From Pseudobdellovibrionaceae bacterium (GTDB lineage Bacteria > Bdellovibrionota > Bdellovibrionia > Bdellovibrionales > Bdellovibrionaceae): a stretch of 64,000 nt of DNA. Positions 59,362 through 64,000 of this stretch are shown one piece after another. The first letter of the stretch is position 1, and the number at the start of each line of letters is the position of its first letter. Position numbers and translations under genes: made by a program. Location of the stretch: positions 1-64,000 of the forward strand of contig JBDHWW010000018.1 in the NCBI GenBank assembly GCA_039810425.1, read 5' to 3'. Below the pieces are notes generated by a model. The model saw only the letters and a program-made list of their open reading frames with translations. It ran no database searches and was not told the DNA's origin.

Positions 59362-60528
59362 ATGGCTGAATATATCAATCCCGATTATGTACCAGAACCA
59401 GAAAAGATGAATGTTAAAAAAGGGCTCGAAGGAGCTGTGATCGACACCTCTTCGGTTTCTAAGGTAAACCCGGATACGAACTCCTTGATCTACCGCGGTT
59501 ACCCGGTTCAAGACCTGGCTGAAAATTGCTCTTTCGAAGAAGTTGCTTACTTAATGTACAATGGCGAGTTGCCAAACGCGAATCAGCTTGCGGACTTTAC
59601 TAAAAAAGAGCGCGGCTATCGTGAGATTTCAAAAACTCTTTTGAACGTCATCAAATCTTTGCCGCCGAAGTGCCATCCAATGGATTCCATCCGCACAGCA
59701 GTTTCTTTCCAAGGTTGTGAAGATACGCGCATCTGGGATTCTTCTCCGGCGACCGACATGGATAAGGCGATTCAATTGCTCGCTAAAATCCCAACCATGG
59801 TTGCTGCTGACTACCGCTTCAAAAAAGGCTTGGATTTTATTCCACCGAAGGCGGACCTTTCTATCGCGGAAAACTTTTTCCACATGTGCTTCGGCAAAGT
59901 TCCACAAAAAGAAATCGTTAAAGCTTTTGACGTTTCTTTGATCCTTTACGCTGAACACAGCTTCAACGCCTCCACATTCACCTCACGTGTTGTGACGTCG
60001 ACTCAGTCCGACCTTTATTCCGCAACCGTGGCGGGTATCGGCGCCTTGAAAGGTCCTTTGCACGGTGGTGCGAACGAGCAAGTGATGCACATGATGATCG
60101 AGATCGCGGATGCCGCGAAGGCCGAGCAATGGATGATCGACGCTTTGGCTCAGAAGAAAAAAGTCATGGGTTTTGGTCACCGCGTTTACAAATCTGGTGA
60201 TTCTCGCGTTCCGACAATGAAGAAGTACGCGCAAGTCATGGCTGACGTTACTGGCGAACAAAAATGGATGAAGATGTACAACGCGCTTGAAAAAGTGATG
60301 GTCGAGAAAAAGAAAATCTATCCTAATCTCGATTTCCCTGCAGGTCCCGCCTATTACATGATGGGCTTTGAAATCGACTTCTTCACTCCGATCTTCGTGA
60401 TGGCTCGCACGACGGGCTGGTCCGCGCACATCATGGAACAAGCTGCAAACAACCGTATTATTCGCCCCTTGAGCGAATACATCGGCCATGCGCAACGCAA
60501 AGTCACCCCCATCAGCGAGAGAAAATAA
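59362..60528 (+). CDS. prpC: 2-methylcitrate synthase/citrate synthase
   Basis: KGLEG, YRGY, EHSFNAST, GPLHGGANE, MGFGHRVY, PNLDF; operon with prpDB. Confidence 0.92.
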   Translation: MAEYINPDYVPEPEKMNVKKGLEGAVIDTSSVSKVNPDTNSLIYRGYPVQDLAENCSFEEVAYLMYNGELPNANQLADFTKKERGYREISKTLLNVIKSLPPKCHPMDSIRTAVSFQGCEDTRIWDSSPATDMDKAIQLLAKIPTMVAADYRFKKGLDFIPPKADLSIAENFFHMCFGKVPQKEIVKAFDVSLILYAEHSFNASTFTSRVVTSTQSDLYSATVAGIGALKGPLHGGANEQVMHMMIEIADAAKAEQWMIDALAQKKKVMGFGHRVYKSGDSRVPTMKKYAQVMADVTGEQKWMKMYNALEKVMVEKKKIYPNLDFPAGPAYYMMGFEIDFFTPIFVMARTTGWSAHIMEQAANNRIIRPLSEYIGHAQRKVTPISERK

Positions 60529-60554
60529 TTTCCCACGCGAGAAAAGGAGTCATT

Positions 60555-61571
60555 ATGACGACGAAATTTTTGATGTTTCTTTTAGTGGTAACAACGGCCG
60601 TTTCCTGCACTAATAGCTCCTCCTCCGGCCCGTCCCCTGCGGGCAAGGACGGCAACAAACAAGTTGGTGAAAAAAACCTGAAGTTCGGCGACACGAATGC
60701 CGGCTTATTTCAGATCGATGAACCCGGCAAAGACTTAGTTCTTGCCGTGGGCTTCCCGCTGGACCCAAAAATGCAGGGCCAAATTCGTGTGACTGAGCAA
60801 AAAACAGACATCGAAAAATCTATCGAGCAATTGCAAAAGCCGATCGATCCAAAGCTCCAAGACAAGATTGATAAGCTCTGTTTCTTGAAAGATACACCTC
60901 ACCACTGGGTGATTCGTCGCCAGAATCAAGATACGATTTTTGCCAACGGTCAAGTTGTCGACTTCGCGGATAAATCCACCGTATACCTTGCCATCGAAAC
61001 GCGTTCAAAGCCGCTTTGCGAGACGTTTTACTACAGCTTTAAATCAGAACTTATAAAGTCTTCCCTCGTACCGGACCCCGTGATGCCAATGCCGACGCCA
61101 ACTCCCGCACCTGCGATACCGCCGGGTTCTGAGAGCGTTGTTATTGTGAATTCGTACAATCAAGACAACTTCAACATTGAATACAACAAAGGCGAAGGAC
61201 GTAATTTCACGTATAAAGTTTCAATGCTTGTAAATGGAACTGTTTTCGCCCAAGGTATTCCGGTTGAAAAGATCTTTATGAATATCTACGACACTGTTTC
61301 TATGAGCTACGTTTCTGAATGGATGCCGATCATGGATCAACCAGCCGCTTTGTTGCCAGCCCAGTTTCCCATACAATTTACTTTGGATAAATTCTCCGCG
61401 CCGATTTATTTTATTGATCGTCAAAAGGAGATGGTTCTGACTTTTGCGGTGAACGCTCCGGATGGGTCGGTTCTCCCGATTCGCTCCCTGGAGCTCGGCA
61501 AGTATTGTGGAAATATGCGAATTAGTCCACATATCATCGATCGTAAGACAGGTGCGACAGGCTGCCCGTAG
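60555..61571 (+). CDS. hypothetical lipoprotein
   Basis: AVSC lipobox, Pro-rich linker between two beta-rich regions. Confidence 0.7.
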   Translation: MTTKFLMFLLVVTTAVSCTNSSSSGPSPAGKDGNKQVGEKNLKFGDTNAGLFQIDEPGKDLVLAVGFPLDPKMQGQIRVTEQKTDIEKSIEQLQKPIDPKLQDKIDKLCFLKDTPHHWVIRRQNQDTIFANGQVVDFADKSTVYLAIETRSKPLCETFYYSFKSELIKSSLVPDPVMPMPTPTPAPAIPPGSESVVIVNSYNQDNFNIEYNKGEGRNFTYKVSMLVNGTVFAQGIPVEKIFMNIYDTVSMSYVSEWMPIMDQPAALLPAQFPIQFTLDKFSAPIYFIDRQKEMVLTFAVNAPDGSVLPIRSLELGKYCGNMRISPHIIDRKTGATGCP

Positions 61572-61600
61572 TACTGAGAACGAACTAATTTATAATTTCT

Positions 61601-61634
61601 AAAAAAGGATCTCTTCAGAGATCCTTTTTTTTTT
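61601..61634 (+). terminator. intrinsic terminator
   Basis: AAAAAAGGATCTC-TTCA-GAGATCCTTTTTT. Confidence 0.85.
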
Positions 61635-61685
61635 GACTCACCTACGTCCTTTCGATTCAATAGGCGGGTTAAAGGCAAAGGAACA

Positions 61686-62750
61686 ATGATGAACAAAACA
61701 ACACTGGTATTGACATCTCTTGTCTTCGTGATCTCGTGTGCTCACAAAGACTCTTCGACCGCTCCAACAGACCCGGCAGCGAATCCCGTACTGGCGCCGA
61801 CACCGGCCCCATCGAATGCGGCGGCAAAACCGCTCAAAGCTACAGAGCCTAAAAAATCCGACGACTCCCTTCATCCTCGCGGAATTGACTTCGGTGCGAC
61901 GATTAAGACTGTGGCCTTCGGTTCTTCGGCAAATCAAGAATTGCCACAGCCTCTCTGGAAAACCATTGCTGAGAACAAGCCGGACTTGTTCCTTTTCATG
62001 GGCGACAACGTGAGCCTGACAAAGCCTGGTCAGAAATCCGTGGGGGCGCAGTATCGTAAGTTGGATAGCATTCCTGAGTATCGCGCGTTCCGGGAAAGCG
62101 TGCCCTTTTTAGCGACCTGGGATTCCGAAGATGCCGGCGATCAAAAAGAATTCATGAAGTACTGGTCTTATGTTGGCAATTCGATCGCGTTTGGCCAAAA
62201 AGGCATCTATCACGCGAAAATCATCGGGCCGAAAAAGAAACAAATTCAGATCATCATGCTCGACACGCGCACGTTCCGCAGCGCGCCCGATGTGGAGAAT
62301 GCGACGATGCTTGGAGATATGCAGTGGACTTGGCTTGAAGAGCAACTCAAGCGTCCCGCGCAAATTCGCATGATCGTAAGCAGCATTCCTTTGATCGCAA
62401 CGGAGCATGGCACTGACAAGTGGGGCGCTTACCCGAAAGAACGCCAGCGTTTTTTTGATTTGTTGAAAAAAACCGGTGCGCGAAACGTGGTTGTTTTCAG
62501 CGGTGATCGCCATCAATCTTCCATCGCAAAAACCGGCGTGAAAGACTGGGGTATGCTCTTTGATATTACCGCAAGCCCTATCAACGAACCGGCCCCAACG
62601 GCCGAAGAAGACACCTCTTTTGAGGGTAAGGCCTACGTCGGCGAAAGCTTCGGCTTTGCCCAAGTCGACTGGCACGACAAGAAGATGAGCCTTCAAATTC
62701 GCGACGCAGTCAATAAGGCTATCAATTCTGTATCTTTTAAAATTAAGTAG
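61686..62750 (+). CDS. PhoD-like lipoprotein with degenerate metal-binding motifs
   Basis: VISC lipobox; AFGSS, PDLFLFMGDN, TWDSED, LDTRTFR, LGDMQWTWL, SGDRH. Confidence 0.8.
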   Translation: MMNKTTLVLTSLVFVISCAHKDSSTAPTDPAANPVLAPTPAPSNAAAKPLKATEPKKSDDSLHPRGIDFGATIKTVAFGSSANQELPQPLWKTIAENKPDLFLFMGDNVSLTKPGQKSVGAQYRKLDSIPEYRAFRESVPFLATWDSEDAGDQKEFMKYWSYVGNSIAFGQKGIYHAKIIGPKKKQIQIIMLDTRTFRSAPDVENATMLGDMQWTWLEEQLKRPAQIRMIVSSIPLIATEHGTDKWGAYPKERQRFFDLLKKTGARNVVVFSGDRHQSSIAKTGVKDWGMLFDITASPINEPAPTAEEDTSFEGKAYVGESFGFAQVDWHDKKMSLQIRDAVNKAINSVSFKIK

Positions 62751-62770
62751 TTTCAGTACTTTATGTTCTT

Positions 62771-62828
62771 TTTTAGAATTATTCTAAAATTGGGCTTGCT
62801 CTAAATCAGATTTAGAACTATTCTAAAT
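62771..62828. promoter_or_regulatory. two PerR/Fur-type boxes at a sigma-70-like promoter
   Basis: TTTTAGAAT-T-ATTCTAAAA (62771-62789), ATTTAGAA-CTA-TTCTAAAT (62810-62828); TTGCTC-N17-TATTCT. Confidence 0.75.
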
Positions 62829-62858
62829 TACGAATTCACGAACCGGGGGATTCATTAG

Positions 62859-63281
62859 ATGAGACACAGAATGTCTTTAAGCACAGAAGAGATTCAGACC
62901 AAGCTGTTGGCAACTGGTGTGCAGCCAACCCTGCAAAGAATCGCTATTTGCAGATACGTTTTGTGCGAGGCGGACCACCCGACTGCGGAGCAAGTCAAAG
63001 AGTGGGCGGAAAAGAACCTTGAAAAAATCAGTCAAGCAACGGTGTACAATACACTGAACACTTTGGTGGATGCGGGACTCTTGCGCGTTTTTAAGTTTCC
63101 GCACTCTGAGAAGGTCATCTACGACAACAACGTGCATGATCACTATCATTTCCTTGATGAAAGCTCAGGGCATCTTTACGATATCGAACCAAAGGATGTC
63201 TCTGTTGAGATGGAAGTCCCGGCGAAGTTCATCGTGAATTCTATGGAAATCGTTCTTAAAGGCCAATTAAAGGCCAACTAA
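62859..63281 (+). CDS. perR: Fur family regulator, PerR-like
   Basis: TLQR, HPTAEQV, SQATVYNTL, HYHF; upstream of ahpC. Confidence 0.8.
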   Translation: MRHRMSLSTEEIQTKLLATGVQPTLQRIAICRYVLCEADHPTAEQVKEWAEKNLEKISQATVYNTLNTLVDAGLLRVFKFPHSEKVIYDNNVHDHYHFLDESSGHLYDIEPKDVSVEMEVPAKFIVNSMEIVLKGQLKAN

Positions 63282-63298
63282 ATACTAAGGAGTATGAC

Positions 63299-63832
63299 AT
63301 GTTAGGTATCGGCGAAAAATTCCCAGAGTTTAAATTGCAAGCTTGTGTTTCTCGTGAAAAAGGCAAAGAGTTCGCGGAACTCAGCAACGCGAACTTCAAA
63401 GGCTCTTGGGCTGTTATGTTCTTCTGGCCTCTCGATTTCACTTTCGTATGCCCTACTGAAATCGCGGAGTTCAACAAAGCTCACAAAGATTTCAATGCTC
63501 GTGAAGCTAAATTATTCGGATTGAGCGCAGACTCTCACTTCACCCACTTGGCTTGGCGTGAAAACCATGCTGATTTGAAAGACCTTCAATTCCCAATGAT
63601 TGCGGACTACAACAAGTCTTTGACTCACACTTTGGGTATTGCTTCTAAAGAAAACGGCGCTCCTTTGCGTGCGACTTACATCGTGGACCCAGAAGGTATT
63701 ATCCGTTGGGTTTCTGTAAACGATTTGTCTGTTGGCCGTAACGTAAAAGAAGTCGTACGTACTTTGGACGCTCTCCAAACCGACGAGCTTTGCCCATGCA
63801 ACTGGGAAAAAGGCCAAAAAACCCTCGGCTAA
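63299..63832 (+). CDS. ahpC: peroxiredoxin AhpC
   Basis: FFWPLDFTFVCPTEI, GRNVKE, DALQTDELCPCNW. Confidence 0.93.
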   Translation: MLGIGEKFPEFKLQACVSREKGKEFAELSNANFKGSWAVMFFWPLDFTFVCPTEIAEFNKAHKDFNAREAKLFGLSADSHFTHLAWRENHADLKDLQFPMIADYNKSLTHTLGIASKENGAPLRATYIVDPEGIIRWVSVNDLSVGRNVKEVVRTLDALQTDELCPCNWEKGQKTLG

Positions 63833-63834
63833 CG

Positions 63835-63994
63835 AAAAGGTACCAGGTCGCTTTTCAGAATTGACTTCCGAAAAGCGGACCCGGGCCACATAAGTTTCAA
63901 TGAAAACTAAATGGGCTCTGGTGACTTTTCTTTGAAAAGTCTCAGGGCCGTTTTTTTAAAGGTGTCAATTCCGAAAAGCGACCTGGTACCTTTT
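63835..63994. repeat. 160-bp element bounded by 31-bp inverted repeats (REP/MITE-like) enclosing a terminator
   Basis: AAAAGGTACCAGGTCGCTTTTCAGAATTGAC (63835-63865) / GTCAATTCCGAAAAGCGACCTGGTACCTTTT (63964-63994), 30/31 match. Confidence 0.8.
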
Positions 63995-64000
63995 AGGAGT

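Overview
A ~48% GC bacterial chromosomal segment. Gene content and style suggest a Bdellovibrio-like organism (Bdellovibrionota); this is my inference, not a database result. The backbone is housekeeping and envelope genes: folE2, maf, cdd, ppiD, mreC-mreD-mrdA-rodA, trxA, lptF, dprA, a LysM (TsaP-like) protein, split comEC, a two-component pair, ald, lpxC, ruvCAB, efp, tamB plus a long Omp85, hppA, osmC, dps/oxyR, prpDBC and perR-ahpC. Secreted or lipoprotein hypotheticals are interspersed. I saw no rRNA, tRNA, CRISPR array or prophage. The one clear mobile-element trace is an IS630 3' remnant sitting in a disrupted, partly deleted gene. I cannot demonstrate a new multi-gene system from sequence alone. 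The best leads are: (i) a recurring ACCCACATC/GATGTGGGT palindrome forming three 3' hairpins near competence genes; (ii) three multi-branched intergenic elements sharing a CATC(C)-TG hairpin; (iii) an AAAAGGTAC repeat family abutting ribosome-binding sites; (iv) enzymes with altered active sites (PTP-like HCWNGWHA, PhoD lacking most metal ligands, QueD-like); (v) two 'FQNC' lipoproteins with CxxCH heme motifs. Starts were adjusted from the ORF track where an RBS or family N-terminus indicated.
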